The notes beneath the pieces are model-generated. The model saw only the letters and a list, made by a program, of their open reading frames with translations. It ran no database searches and was not told where the DNA came from. 64,000 nucleotides of DNA, from positions 526,113 through 590,112 of the forward strand of contig NW_003314335.1 in NCBI RefSeq assembly GCF_000143415.4. The letters are read 5' to 3'. Position numbers and translations under genes: made by a program. Below, in pieces: positions 1-13,057 of the stretch (position 1 is its first letter; each line of letters opens with the position of its first letter). The DNA is from Selaginella moellendorffii. Its lineage: Eukaryota > Plantae > Lycopodiophyta.

Positions 1-584
1 AACTTGAATATATATGCTCTTCAATAAAAAAATTTATCTTTTGCAAAAGGAAATGAAAAAAAGCCTACCTTTCCTTGCTTGTGTGACAAGAAAATTGAAG
101 CTATTACATTTGAAATAAACAAAAAGCTTGCCTACCTTGTGCACCCACTTCTGAGGATCTATAAATACAATTGATCAGCCTAATGAAGCTCCTTTTTTTA
201 ATTGATTTGCAACTTGTGACATGAACTTAAACTATTATATTCAACACAAATAATGAACCTCCTTGGCTCTTTTTAAACCATGACAGCCCTGCTGTGGCTA
301 AATTCCTAAAGAAGTTGAGTGCAATCAACCAATCCAATATCTATGGAGCTCCTCCCAAAAGATGGACTAAGATCTTCTTTTAGCTTTCCACTTTGATGTA
401 GCCGATGATCAAGATGCTCTAGATTCTAAAGCTCCTTGTGGGCAAGAGCTACAATGCCAATACTGTGTGTCATCTTTGGCTTGATCTCTAAGTCCAAGCC
501 TATAGAGTAGAACATGGTGCAAATTATAGTTGGCAAGAGGAGTTGGGCAAGCTTACACATGTTTTGAGTCTTTCCTGTACACTA

Positions 585-1061
585 TGTAGCCCAAGATTAT
601 GAGGAGCTTTTGTAGATTCTTTGAGATTTGTACCTTGACTAGAATAAGGAGTAATGAGGAGAAAACATGGGCGATGTCTTGGCATCTAACAACTGGCAAT
701 GCATAGCTCTATGTAAGCTCATTATGTAGCCCAAGATTGTGAGGAGCCTTTGTAGATTGTTTGGTACCTTGAGTAGGATAAGAAAATATGGATAATGTCT
801 TAGTAGTTGCTAAAGATTGTGAGGAGCTTTTATAGATTGCTTGAGATTTGTACCTTGATTACATTGTGAACTTACATGGAGCTATGCATTACCAATTGTT
901 AGATGCCAAGACATTACCCATGTTACTCTTTATCTTTGGCCCAAGATTGTGAAGAGCTTTTGTAGATTGCTTGAGATTTGTACATTAACTAGAATAAAGA
1001 GTAATGAAGAGAAAAAATGGGTAATATTTTGGTATCCAACAACTAACAATACACAACTCTA
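585..1061. repeat. Degenerate tandem/inverted repeat block
   Basis: Unit CCCAAGATTGTGAGGAGCTTTTGTAGATTGCTTGAGATTTGTACCTTGA recurs near 590, 730, 812 and 940; ~673-720 is inverted relative to ~869-917. Confidence 0.6.
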
Positions 1062-1540
1062 TGGAAGCTTTTGAATTTGGACTTTCCGGGAGGTCATCTA
1101 ACTCAGTACTATTCAAACTAAGAAGGCTTAACTCCAAGTATCCCAAAACCCTTAACCAATTGAAAAAAGGGTTGCATTTTTATTCACAAGCTTTTTCTCT
1201 TTATATTTGAACTCAATTGACTATCTCTCAAATCATTTTCTTTAGTTGTTTAAAATTTATTATACTTTCTTGCCAAACTTGACTTGTATGTGGTATGATT
1301 TTTCTAGCTAACTAACACAGTTGTGCCTAAAACCCTTTAGATATCAAATGTAATTTCTTGAATTTAGACTTTTTGAGAAGTCACCCAACCTATTATTATT
1401 CAAATCTAAAGACGTTTAACTTTAAATATCCCAAACCTTTAACCGATTGAAAAATGATTTACACTCTTGTTCATAAACCCTTTCTCTTTATATTTGAACT
1501 CAATGGATTATTTCTCAAGTAGTTCTTTTGGTTGCTTACA
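1062..1540 (-). mobile_element. Degenerate Cassandra TRIM (5S rRNA-derived LTRs)
   Basis: Two ~190-bp LTRs (1062-1254, 1349-1540), each with the reverse complement of the 5S rRNA internal control region (GGACTTTCCGGGAGGTCATC...GCTTAACT); decayed Met PBS (GATATCAAA on +); near-TSD CTCTA/CTCCA; aligns by eye to the copy at 32452-32994. Confidence 0.85.
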
Positions 1541-2258
1541 CTCCAACTTGAGTGTCTTTCAAACCCTAGCACTAGAAACAATTCTAATACTAGTTTTATT
1601 AGAACTATAAATATAAGATAATAATAATTATTTTATTACTACTTTTTTGAGTTTAGGATTTTTGACATTATGACATTTTATTTAGGGATCTTTATAGGCA
1701 AGCTTGAATCCAAACACCTCTATTCATAGCAGTCTTTTAGGCTCTAGTGAAAAGCTTGAATATGAATTACCACCCCATAAACCCTATCTTGCCCTACTTT
1801 TAGTTTAAAGCTTTGCTCAAATAGCTATGTTGGGCAAAAACAAAAATTTGTGGGATGTGCCTACTTCAGTTCTCACATATTAATGACCTGTAGCTTTGAT
1901 ATAAGGAGAGTAGGATCATAATTCTCTAGGAAAGCTTGCAATTACTCAATAGTTACATCATGAATTCACCTTCCAAATAGAGTGACTTGCCCCATTGCTC
2001 ACCCAAACAATCCTCTCCATTGAAAAATCCCACACTTGCTCTCAATTTCTCCATTGTGTGCTTGGATCTTGGCCTCTTGAATGTGCTGCCATTGTCAATT
2101 TGATCCAAAGCCCACACCTATATTGAAAGACATAAGTGCAAGTATAAGTAACAATCTAAGTATTGAATTCACCACAAACAGTGAATTGCAATGCCCACTA
2201 GCCATAGCCATTGTTAGAGCTTGGGGCTGCCTCCATGCAAGGCTTATACAACCCACTT

Positions 2259-2420
2259 GGCGATCAAGAGGCATATTGCTAGAGACAACACACTTAGCGA
2301 TTAGTCTAGCCATGTCTTTGAGAATTGTGACATTTTTGTTAGTGTGCAGCGATCAAGAGGCTTGGCTGCCAGAGACAACATACCTAGCAGCCCTGTCCTT
2401 AAGAATTGTGACACTTTTTC
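2259..2420 (+). repeat. Two imperfect ~75-bp direct repeats
   Basis: GCGATCAAGAGGC...AGAGACAACA...AGAATTGTGACA at ~2260 and ~2349. Confidence 0.6.
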
Positions 2421-2767
2421 TTGTAGGCAACAATTAAACCCTAGCACATGATCTATCACAATTTCACCAACCAATCACAACTTAAGTTGTGCTTATCTCC
2501 CATTAGTCTTTGGATTAGGATTGATTTGATGGCAAAGAGTTTGCAATTAGCAATTATGAGTGAATAATCTTCTCAAATCCGCTATGGATGGTAGAAGATA
2601 TCTCCTTAGCATTTATATGGCTGTCAGATGCTTTCTTAGCATTTTATATTATAAATATATTTTAGCTTATTAATAAGTAACATTTAGTTATAATTATGAT
2701 TAAATATATATATAATAATAATATAAATCTAAGTTATAAATCCTAAAACTTAATAGTATGCAAAAGA

Positions 2768-3629
2768 TTATGGTGCATTCCATATACATCTTTTTGTAAC
2801 ATTATCACAAAGGATTATGTAACCATCATTGATTACACAAAGTGCCATTATTTTCCATTTATTTTTCCAATATATGTTAATTGACCATATCACAATATTT
2901 TTATTATCATATATTACAAGGTTTCCATCTGTTTGTAATCTTAAAAAACAACCTTTTCCTTTATTATCTGTTTTAGTTTTCCAAATAATAGTTTTTCCTT
3001 TAAAGAGTAAAAGCACACAATTCAATTGCATATATAATGAGTATTGTCTATTTGGTGATATAAGAATTTGTCCAGCATATAAGTTAGAAAATGATGAAAA
3101 GTTATCTATACTTCTAATACAAGTTTGTCTCCTGTACATCAGTTTTAGCTGTATTTATAAATGTAAATGCATTTTCTGAATATATAGAATCTTCACTTTC
3201 TTCAATCTTATATAAAATACTAAAGCTTTCAAATATGTATTCAGAAATTGGAAAATTTAAAATACCATAATCATTTTCTATATATCTAGTGTATATATAT
3301 TCAAATATTTGTTTTAGATAAGAACCATAATAGGGATTTGAATATTGAGGGAATATACTACAAAGTGATTCATAATATGGTGGTGTAACAAAAGTACGCA
3401 AAGGGGTTAACACAATTTTAATTTCATGATGCACAAAGATAATTGAATTTCCAGGAATATATGGAGTTAAAGTATTAATTGATTCTATTGCAGCTCTTAT
3501 AGTTCTTAATATTAAAACTTTTGTTACTTCTAAAATACGATGATTTCCTTCTCTGTTGATTGTTATTGCAAAAAGAATTTGGGGAAGAGATATTAAGACC
3601 ATAGCTAAAAGAAATGTTTTTCTAAACAT
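2768..3629 (-). pseudogene. Secreted protein with C-terminal bulb-type (GNA-like) mannose-binding lectin domain, split by one frameshift
   Basis: ORF 3114-3629 begins with a signal-peptide-like MFRKTFLLAMVLISLPQILFA; the overlapping ORF 2768-3139 has the B-lectin pattern LYAGQIL...LYMQLNCVL...LRLQTDGNLVIY (QxDxNxVxY); no intron visible at the overlap. Confidence 0.7.
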
Positions 3630-6615
3630 TTTTTAACAATATAAAAGATATCTTTTAGAAAAGTTCTGCTCTTAATGCCTAATTTCAATTTTCTTATAAT
3701 ATCTATGATATTACATAGAAATTTATGGTATTCAATTTTAAATTATGTCCTTCCAAAATGTATGACCTATTCTTCCAAAAATTTATATATTTTATGTCCT
3801 TTTATATGTGCTTCCAAAAATACATAAGAATTAAAGATTTTTAAAATTCATTTTAACCTATCCTTTAATGGTTACAATTTTTATATTTTAGGTCCAGATC
3901 ATCTAGCATAGGTGGCTCTTGTGCTCACAAATAGATTTTTTTTTTCTTGGTTCAGTTTTTTGTTATGGTTTGCAACTATGTGGTGGATTATGGTCTACTG
4001 TGATCTTCACTTTTTTCAGTGGAATTATTTGGTGCTGCATATGCTAGAGTCCAGTAAAAGATTGGATTTATAACTATGATGAAAAGCACATTCTTTTGAG
4101 CTGAATATTCCTTTTTAAACCAAAAGCATTAGATTATGCATTTTTTAAAAAAATATTCTATAAAACATGAAAGCTTCTTAAAGAGGACGAGGGAATAGAC
4201 TAAATAATTTATATTTTTATACTAGAAGATAGGGACTATTAAAACTTAAACCTTTCAAATGAGATCTTGAATTTTGAAAACCACAAACATGCACATTAAG
4301 GTGATGACTTTCACATCTAGGAGCCCATCAAATACTTTAACCTTTGAGATAGTAATGAAGTGAACTATAAGGTCTTTGCTGAAATGACTTTAGGAGTTAA
4401 AAAAGCTATGACTTTTTTTGCAACCAATGTAAACAAGTTGGTTTCTAATGTATTGACACTAAGTATGGACAAACCTTGCAACATAAATCTTAAATTCGGT
4501 CACAAGTTGCTTAAAGGTAGCTATTATCAACTATTTCATTGACTAGAAAAATTTCTAACCATATACCATAGTGCTAAGAACTTGCATTCATCAGCATTAG
4601 TGAAGGAGCTAAAATTTTGGTTAACAATCACATGGAGGGATGTTTTGTGGCACATTATAATCTGAGCTTAGTGACAAAAAAAAAAAGAAAAAACTCTATC
4701 ACAACTTTGATATGAAGTTAATGGTTTTCTTATGTATTGTCAATAACAATAAAGTGACCATCTTGGTGGATTATACATTTGTCATCTCCTTATAAGAGGT
4801 CTCTTATTCTTGGCCTTTGCAAATGATTTTTGCTAATTAGAAATCTTTTACTTATTTATTATGTATAACATATGTATATTTGCAACTTGGGGAGTATAAA
4901 CACAACTTTTCATTGCATGTGATGCCCAACCAAGTTTATGATATCATTTTGGTGTGAATTAGTTGTGGGGTATTGAGAATTTCCACATCCTCACTTTATC
5001 TATATCGATTGTGCTTTGTTAGATTTGATGGTTATGATTGAAGATCTTCCACTTTTGGCATATAAACCTTTTATTACAGAGTGTGATATGATGCTGAGAA
5101 GCTTTTAGCAAAGTTATTTGGTCTTATTAATTAGACCAAAGTCATTATACACACTCACAATAATATTCTTACTGAAGATGCATGTCCTATCAATATATTT
5201 AACAAGTAATATCTTTAAGTTTTTAAGTGTGTGGTTGCTTAAAGTTTGAGATATACCTATCCTTGCAATACTTTAGCACATTCAATGTAAAATAACTACT
5301 TGGTTTTTTTTATGCTAATTGAAATATGATAAAGTATATGAAACACAACCAAAGGTAATGGATAATGCAAAAAAAACTTTTTATGAAATATATTGAACTC
5401 ACTACTATATTTTATACCTTTGAATTTTACTATATTTAAAATATGGACATATCTAGATTTTTACCATGAGTTTTTGCTATAGTAGTATCAAAGTTTGAAG
5501 GTATGAGAGCATATTATACTTTCTGAAGCAAATGAATAAGTTCAAGATTTTTAAACACTTTGCAAAAATTCTTAGTAAAACTTCTCATACAAAATATGTG
5601 ATACATATTATTTTACATTTATTGAACACTTTTTATCATGTTTTTTTCCGATTAAAAAAGTGTAAAGTGTTCCATTTGGATTCTATGTTCCAGTCAATAT
5701 TATCAAATACTTAAGGAGCCAAATTCAATTATTATTGCTTCTAGCATTAGTCATGCCAAATGCTAAAAGGAATAATAAGCCTTCAACATTTATACCAATT
5801 GCTATAATCATTTATATAAGTTGCTATAATTATACATGTAAGATATCTTGACTTGAATCTATCCCATCAAGACTGATTAAAGGACTATCATACACAAAAT
5901 TGATGAAACAAACACTATATAAGAGAAATAACCTTTTAAAAGTAAAATTTTCATCATCTTTACTATTTAAATTGCTTATAACAAACAAATTTCCATGAAA
6001 GAGCTTCAAATACACTATATGATGATAGTTTTCTCCTTTCCTCTCCAAACCTTTTAATAAGATTTAGACTTTCAATATATTTCAAAAATCATAATTTTTT
6101 ACAGCCACGTTTGGTTCATCACTTACTTCTACTTTAAATCTAATTCATTGATGCTTTTTTGTTTCCCATATGCATAAATGTTTTAACTTTGTGAAGAAAG
6201 AGGAGTATGGAGTCTTCATGAACAACTTTGTCTTTTACATCAAATTATGTATTTTTTCCTCTCTCATCAAATCACAATCAACTCAAAATGCTTAACAATA
6301 TCTAAATTTTTTACTATTGTTTTTAGCTTGTACTTTGCCCCTAAAACAAGCTGCAAACTCTTCATGGGCACCCCTAGATTAAAATGGAATATTCATTTGA
6401 AACTTCAAAGTCTCCAACTTACCCCATCCAACAGCATCCAGATCCAGCGGTGAAGTTTGGCAATTGTTCCTTACAGTAGTAGATTTTACTAAAATGGTGA
6501 AATCCTTTGTAACTTCTCACACAATGACATCATGCTCTTTGGCAACAATCTCTCACTCCAAGGCTTGGAGCTTCTTAGCACTAAACTCCTTAGATCAAGA
6601 TCAAGCTGTACAGGA

Positions 6616-7842
6616 CTAGAGCTCAACGGTTACATTCTTCTTGGCACTGCACTCGATTGATTGCCCTGATCGGGCTGACAGATTGTTCCCAAAGAGCGTG
6701 ATTTTCATCACATCAAAGTGCAACACAAATATAGAACCTCTTTTCGGAACCACTGACAAAACCAAAAAAAAAAGTGAGGACGCTCCAAACAGAAAAGGAA
6801 ACCAAACCTTTGAGCTTGTTATCCAAAGTGATAATGCTGAAAGTGTTCTCGGTTTCTCTTATCATAAGTCCCTTGGAACCGGAAAAGCTACAGCTTTTCG
6901 AAGCCAAAACTGCAGCAAATAGATAAATGGCTCCATAGAGAAAAAAGCAAGAAAACTTTCTACCTTCCATTGGAGCTCCATGTAATTCCGCCGTCAAAAT
7001 CCTTGATTGCATCATACGCTGGCTGAAGGAAAAAAACGGATACTTAGTACCGCGCAAGAAGAATAACGCATGCATACCTGCAGCCCTTAATCAAGCCCTC
7101 CATGTATTCTTTCCACATTTCATGAAGAGGTGCGTAAAGTCCATGCCTGTGCCAAGTTGATCAGAACAACCACCGAAAAGAAAAAAAACTTATAAGCCAA
7201 CCTTACTTTAAATACTTGGAGCTCAAGACATATGACTCCATCCTTCGGTGTTTCCTGAGAGACCATCGCTGCATGGAACGCTTGCTGCGGAGCTGAGCTC
7301 TTGCACGAGCTTTGTCACTCTGCATCTTCCGCGTTGTAGGATTGTCAAGTTGCACCATCTGGTTTTGCTTGTTCTCGAATTCTTTCGAAGCCTTGGAACT
7401 TTTACCCCATAAATTCTCTAAGAGATGAGCCACTACGTGCTTCCCATCCGAATTTGTGAGCTGGGGCGAAGAAAAAAACGTTAAGAGCCATCGGAAGAAA
7501 AGGCACATTGCAGTCTACCTTCAAGTTAGATGCTACTTCTCCATGAAAAAAGGACTCCGGCAGTGGGATATACATCGGATCGTCTGCTGCAATCGAAATT
7601 CACGTAAGTAAACGCCGCAGAGCAAGAAAGATAGAAAAGATTGACTTACGCAAGCTATATGGCGCAGATAATCCCCTTCCCGAAGCCTGCGATTGAGACG
7701 CCGGAGTCTTCGGCGACGCTGCAATCCCATTTTTTGCGATCGATGGAAAATGAGGGGTGAAAGGAGACCATCCATGACTTTGCCGCCGATCTAGCGCCTC
7801 CAATCGGACCTTCTTCAGCTCCGAGGGCGTCGCATTCGCCAT
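6616..7842 (-). CDS. POP4: RNase MRP/P protein subunit POP4/Rpp29, 7 exons (7842-7650, 7586-7519, 7460-7207, 7146-7078, 7022-6964, 6909-6808, 6752-6616)
   Basis: GT-AG splicing gives a continuous frame containing YAPLHEMWKEY, LTAELHGA, GLMIRETENTFSIIT and VVPKRGSIF...LFGNNL, the characteristic POP4/Rpp29 motifs. Confidence 0.9.
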
Positions 7843-7852
7843 GAGAATCGGA

Positions 7853-7861
7853 AAACCCTAA
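7853..7861 (+). promoter_or_regulatory. Telo box (AAACCCTAA) just upstream of the POP4 start codon
   Basis: Exact motif ~10 bp from the ATG; telo boxes are typical of plant ribosome-biogenesis genes. Confidence 0.65.
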
Positions 7862-8532
7862 CCCCAAGGATACCGAATATCCTTTACCCTTGGAAAAGCA
7901 TATTCCATTTTACACAAACTTAGACACCACTTCACGTGATACTTGACAAACATCTCCCTAGCCTCTTATCCTATCCGGATCTTTGGGAAGCTAGATGTTG
8001 AAGATAGAGAACCCTTTGTTATGGGTGTTGTCCCTCAACAAAGGTATGCCTTTCAACAAGAGCATAAAGATCACATAGAAACAACAAGATTTTTTAAGTG
8101 ACTTTGAGGCTATAGCTAGTGCCACCTTGTCCACTTGAGGTGACAGTCCTGACCAAATTTAAATAGTTTAGAAGGAAAATTTAAAGAAATATAAGGAACT
8201 TCAGAGCTTTGGATGGTGGGCAGAAGTGGTGATTGTGGGGTTTCCGGTTTGCAGCTGCCTTTGGATTGAACCACTGCCTAGGGCAATGCAAGCTGAAGAT
8301 TTCTTATGTCAAAAAAAATTAATGTATGTTTTGTGAGTGCATGGATATTAGTATACGGCATCGTAGCCGTACACTTGGCCCTCACAGTTTGATATTTATA
8401 CTTTTACAGCTATTGATTTTTATTTGAGTAAAATGCAATAAATTAAATTGTCATTACTTTTAGTTTTATTTATTATTGCTTATAAACGATTTCTTATAAA
8501 TTTATTGCATTTAAGCCGTGGATATTTCACAG

Positions 8533-9517
8533 GTCGGCAGCCAAAAGATTGGCTGCCAGCAGTCTCTGGAGCCAGCGGCCGCCGATCAAGAGGATTTCCG
8601 TGAGGCCGGCGCGATCGGTCATCACGAGAATGGGCTTGTATCGATCGATCCGGCTGCTGCTGTCGCCGCGGCTCAGATTGTGAAGCATTGCGACCGAAGC
8701 AAGCACCTGGAGGAATGCATCGAAAGGGTAAGAAAGATATTTAGGAACTCTAGTTTTCATTGATAGTTTTGTTTATCTCTCTTTTGGAATTCCTTTCAGG
8801 CAATTTTAGATTCACACTGTTCGGAGTGATCGGTTCTTTAGCAGGCTCATTGCTGTGTTTTGTCAAGGTAAATCATATCTTTTATTGGGAATTTTTTCTT
8901 AGTTTTGGTTCCTATGCTCAAAACTTTTGCTTGGTTTTGCTTTATGACAGGGTTCTTTGTTCGTGTTGAGGTCGTTTATAGAGTATTTCAATGCAATCTG
9001 GCAAGGAGTTGACACCGAAGTTATACTTTTGCTGGTGGAAGCTGTAGGTACGATGGAGATCTAAAATCTAGATTGAGATCAAACAGTGCTCAACTTAATT
9101 TGATCTTTGCAGATGGGGACTGTGATGCTCATCTTTGGGATGGGCTTGTACGAGTTTTTTGTGAGCACGCTCGACATTCCAGAAGAGAACCTCCCGGCTG
9201 GAGTCCCCAGAACTACTGTTTGCGGCTCCAACTTGTTTGGGCTTTTCAGGCTCCAGGTGACTTTGCTCAAAACCCCTCGTTTCGAGAGTTTGTGAATCAT
9301 ATCTTTCATTCAGGAGTGCCCGAAGTGGCTGGAAATTCGATCCCTGGACGAGCTCAAGACGAAACTGGGACATGTTATCATCATGATCCTTCTGGTTGGC
9401 ATGTTTGACAAGAGCAAGAAGATCATCATCCACACAGGCTTGGATCTCGTGTGTCTCTCGGCCTCCATTCTTTTCTCCTCGGGCTGCCTCTTCCTCCTCT
9501 CTAAATTGCACAAGTAA
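8533..9517 (+). pseudogene. UPF0114 (YqhA-like) membrane protein gene, apparently frameshifted; 5' exon not identified
   Basis: Exons 8533-8727, 8800-8867, 8951-9047, 9113-9257, 9314-9517 encode EECIER, FGVIGSLAGSLLCFVKG, LLLVEAV, MGTVMLIFGMGLYEFFVS, GSNLFGLF and WLEIRSLDELKTKLGHVIIMILLVGMF; splice phases do not match at the starts of exons 2 and 4. Confidence 0.75.
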
Positions 9518-10559
9518 TAGGACTACGATCTGTAAAGTCCATACACTAGAAAACCATTGCTTATCACCACAAACGTTGGTTAAATATAACCTAGAATATG
9601 CACTTTCTATTTGACCTAATTGCTAGTTTTGAATTTAGGGCTGGGATGGAGCTCCTAGGATTGCTCCGGCGGGATGGCGGCGTGCGCCTAGCGGTTGATT
9701 CGGGGCATTCTTCGCAGCTTTGGATGCTCATCCCCGATCTTCTGGCGCAGGAGGTTGAGCTTCTGGACAGCATCCAGGCTCACAAGTAGGGTTTTGTGTT
9801 TTCTGGATTTGTGGGTGAATTTTTTGTCATGGTTGCAGCTGCCTGTGGATTGAACCACTGCCTAGTGCGATGCAAGCTGATGTGTTGACCTTTGTTTACC
9901 TGCGATCCTATCACTTTCGGCCCAACGATTTGTTGCTGCTTTCTAAGCGTCTGCTGGAGTTCTGTGAGAACTTGGATTTTTGGGTGTGAGCAGCACAGAC
10001 TCTTCTCGAAAACTCTTTAGAATTCAATGAATTCTAAAGGTGAGCTAGCAATCATTCCTTGAGCTTCTAGGTCTGCCTTTTCCTTTTTAAGACTTTGATG
10101 AGATTCCGGACTTTCTAAAGAAGCATATGGAACCTGAAAGCCATGAAGCAATGCTCAAAGAAGGCCCACAACAAGAATTCAATCCAGAAGATGAGGAGGA
10201 CTACTGGAACTTAAAAGCTATCAGATGATACCACTCCTGATCATGACTTGGAAAAGCAAGTCAGATGCATAGTGGCAAAAGAATCAGAAAGAGCTACTCG
10301 GGGCGGAAGCAGCTGCTTGCTCCTCCTACTTGATTGAAGGCAGTGCACTTTGAAATGTAACTGAAGTCATGGGATCAAATTTAAATCCAGGACAACTTTT
10401 CAAAATCAGGTTTGCCTTTTTTTGTAAAATAAACTAAAATCAAAAGAAAGGAAAGAAATCAAATTAAAACCAAAAGAAAGCTAATTTTCATTCTTTATAG
10501 CAATGGTTGTACACATGCATGTGTATGGGATGAGGTGAATCTAGTTGTGCATGTAGGTG

Positions 10560-11924
10560 ATATCAAGTTTGAGTTGCAATCATTGCAGGTGGCACTAAGT
10601 CAAGTTTTTTACTTCATCCTTGGTATAGATTGATTGTAGCACAATCATGTTAAGAGTGACTTTGAAGTTTTTCCCTCTTGTTTCATCCTTCTTAATATTT
10701 CTTTCATTCCTTTCATTTTTATACCTTTTCGTCTTTTTACCTCTACCTCTACTTCCATCACTTTTATCTCCCCTTTACTTCTTTTTAAGTTTTTGTTTTG
10801 TTCCTCTTTTTTTTTTTTTGATCCCTCCAATGATCTTTGTGTTGCAATAGTTGACCAATTCATGAATGAGTATGCCTATCTCTTTGAATTTGACCTATCA
10901 TCTAGGGTTAAAATTGCAACACATCATTCTATTCCAATTAGGGATGCTCGTCTAATCAAAATTCTTGTTTATCGTCGGTCACCCAAAGATATCAAAATTT
11001 TACATACCAACGTCAAGGAGATGTTAGAAAAGGGAGTTATTCAGAAGTTGTTAAATCCCTTGGGTGTGTGAACCTCATCTTATGACAAAGTCTAATAGGA
11101 GTATTCATTTCTGTATCGACTAAACCATTGGGAAACCTAGCTCACTGAGAAAAGTTGAGCTCATCTTCTAGTGTTGAATATCGTTTGTTAAACAAAGTGA
11201 TGATCTCGGATGTGTACCCTTTTCCTCACACTATTGATCTCTTGGATTATCTGTGGAAAAATTGTTAGTTCACAAAGTTAGATTTTACTTTTAGGTATTA
11301 ACAAGTACCAATAGCCAAAGAAGATATTCCTAAGACTATTTTTCGTACACTATTTGGTTTGAATAAATTCTTGGTGATGTCATTTAGTTTGAATAATGCT
11401 CTAGCAACTTTCTAGCAAATGATAGACAAGGTTTTTTGCGATATGCCAGAAGTGACTACTAACTTTATTGATGATGTTTTAATCCACTCGGATGGGATAT
11501 GGGAGGAAAAAATCCATGATGTTCGTAAGGTGTTGGATTGGCTATGGGAAGTTGGTTTAAAGGTAAAGCAGTTGAAGTGCATTTGTAAGTTGATTCTGAC
11601 AAATTTATAGCTATTCTAAAGTTCCCTACTCCGAAGTGTGTGAATGATGTGCAACGCTTCTTGGGCAAGGTGTAGTATCTCGGTCATTTTGTTGATTATT
11701 TTTTTTGATTGCTTTGCACCATTGTGAGCATTACTGAATTCATCAATGCCATTTTTCATTTGGTTTGTAGACTGTGAGTGGGTGTTTACGGATCTCAAAG
11801 AGCTATTGACGACTCTTTCAATTTTGGCATATTCTGACTACACTTGACCTTTCATTTTGCACGTAAATGCTTCTAATATCAGTCTTAGAGGTGTGTTAAT
11901 GCAAGAGAGCCCAAGTGTGCCTGG
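10560..11924 (+). mobile_element. Old degenerate Ty3/gypsy pol, left part (protease end, RT, start of RNase H)
   Basis: Remnants VYRRSPK...MLEKGVIQK, RT motif FIDDVLIHS, RNase H NASNISLRGVLMQ; many stops. Confidence 0.8.
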
Positions 11925-13057
11925 TGTAAGGAACCAACTCCCCAAGGTGTCGTAGGCTAAAGGATCCCCGAAAGCTTGACCAAAATGACAAAGAGTTCAT
12001 CGGATGGGACTGAGTCGGAGATCGAGTCCAAGACCGACTCTAAGACCGAGTTTGAGATAGAGTTCAGGATCGAGTCTGAGGCCGAATTGGAGACCAAGTT
12101 CAAGACAGAGTCTAAGATCCAAATCGGGTCCGAGATCGAGTCTGAGATCGAGTCTGAGACCGAGTCCGAAGTCGGGTCCGAGATTGAGTTTGAGACCAAG
12201 TCTGAGTACTAATACGGGTCAAGGGGTGAAAGCCCAAAGCGTGTGTTTCTCAGGAGGGGGGGGGGGCTGCAGGGGGTTCCAAAAGTATAATAGGGATAGT
12301 GAGGTCTAGGAACCAATCTTGAAGGAACTCCTAGTGGTGCTTCCAAACTGATTTAAGGTTGAGACTGGGGCCGAGGGGCCTTGGGTGGGAGTGAGCATGG
12401 ACTCGGGTGGTGCCGGAGGGGCCACCCAAGGAAGTGCTCAAGAGCAGCTCCCACTCCCGAAAGGGAAACTGATTGCAGTGCTCCCGGCTCTTGTGGAGTG
12501 GTGCCCCACTTGAGTACCTTGTGGCTCATTGGTCCTCGCCCTTCATAGGGGCTTGGGCCTTCCCTTCGGGATGGAAGTGGGGGGGTAGAGGTACCCATAT
12601 CGGGCCGTTAGGCCACGGTGTTTTGCCCTAGCGTCCCGAAGCAAGTGTTGCACCCAAGGCTTAGGATTTAGAGGGTCCATGATTAAGTCTTGTTGTACCA
12701 AGGGTGTTAGGAACCTAGAGGCTTGGTGTGTTTGGCTGCTTGTGCCTGCGGGAAGTGTAGCCAAACCTTAAGTCTAGTCTAACCTGGGGAGGGGGATTAG
12801 GAGAGATTTGGGAATCTGTGGATGGATGGCTAATGTTCCGTTGCTCGTGCAGTGAATAGTTGAAACCAAGTAGGACCAAGTAGGAGCTGGTACAATAGGT
12901 GGGAACCTTGGCGAGGGAACTTAGCAAAAGCCAAGGCAGTGTTGGTCGAATAGACGAGGTAAGCTGGCAAATTGGAAAGGAAAAATTTATGGCTTACAAT
13001 TTGGTATCGAAGCCTTTTCCTTAGTTCTAGCGAAGGATAGAGGCGGATTGCTGGGAG

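Noticed and set aside
3850-6450. AT-rich stretch with short ORFs, e.g. 4360-4542
   Set aside because: Possibly a decayed gene or transposon, but no motif I can support
9640-10340. GC-richer exon-like pieces (e.g. DEIPDFLKKHMEPE...EEDYWNLKA)
   Set aside because: Look like gene fragments but contain stops and could not be assigned
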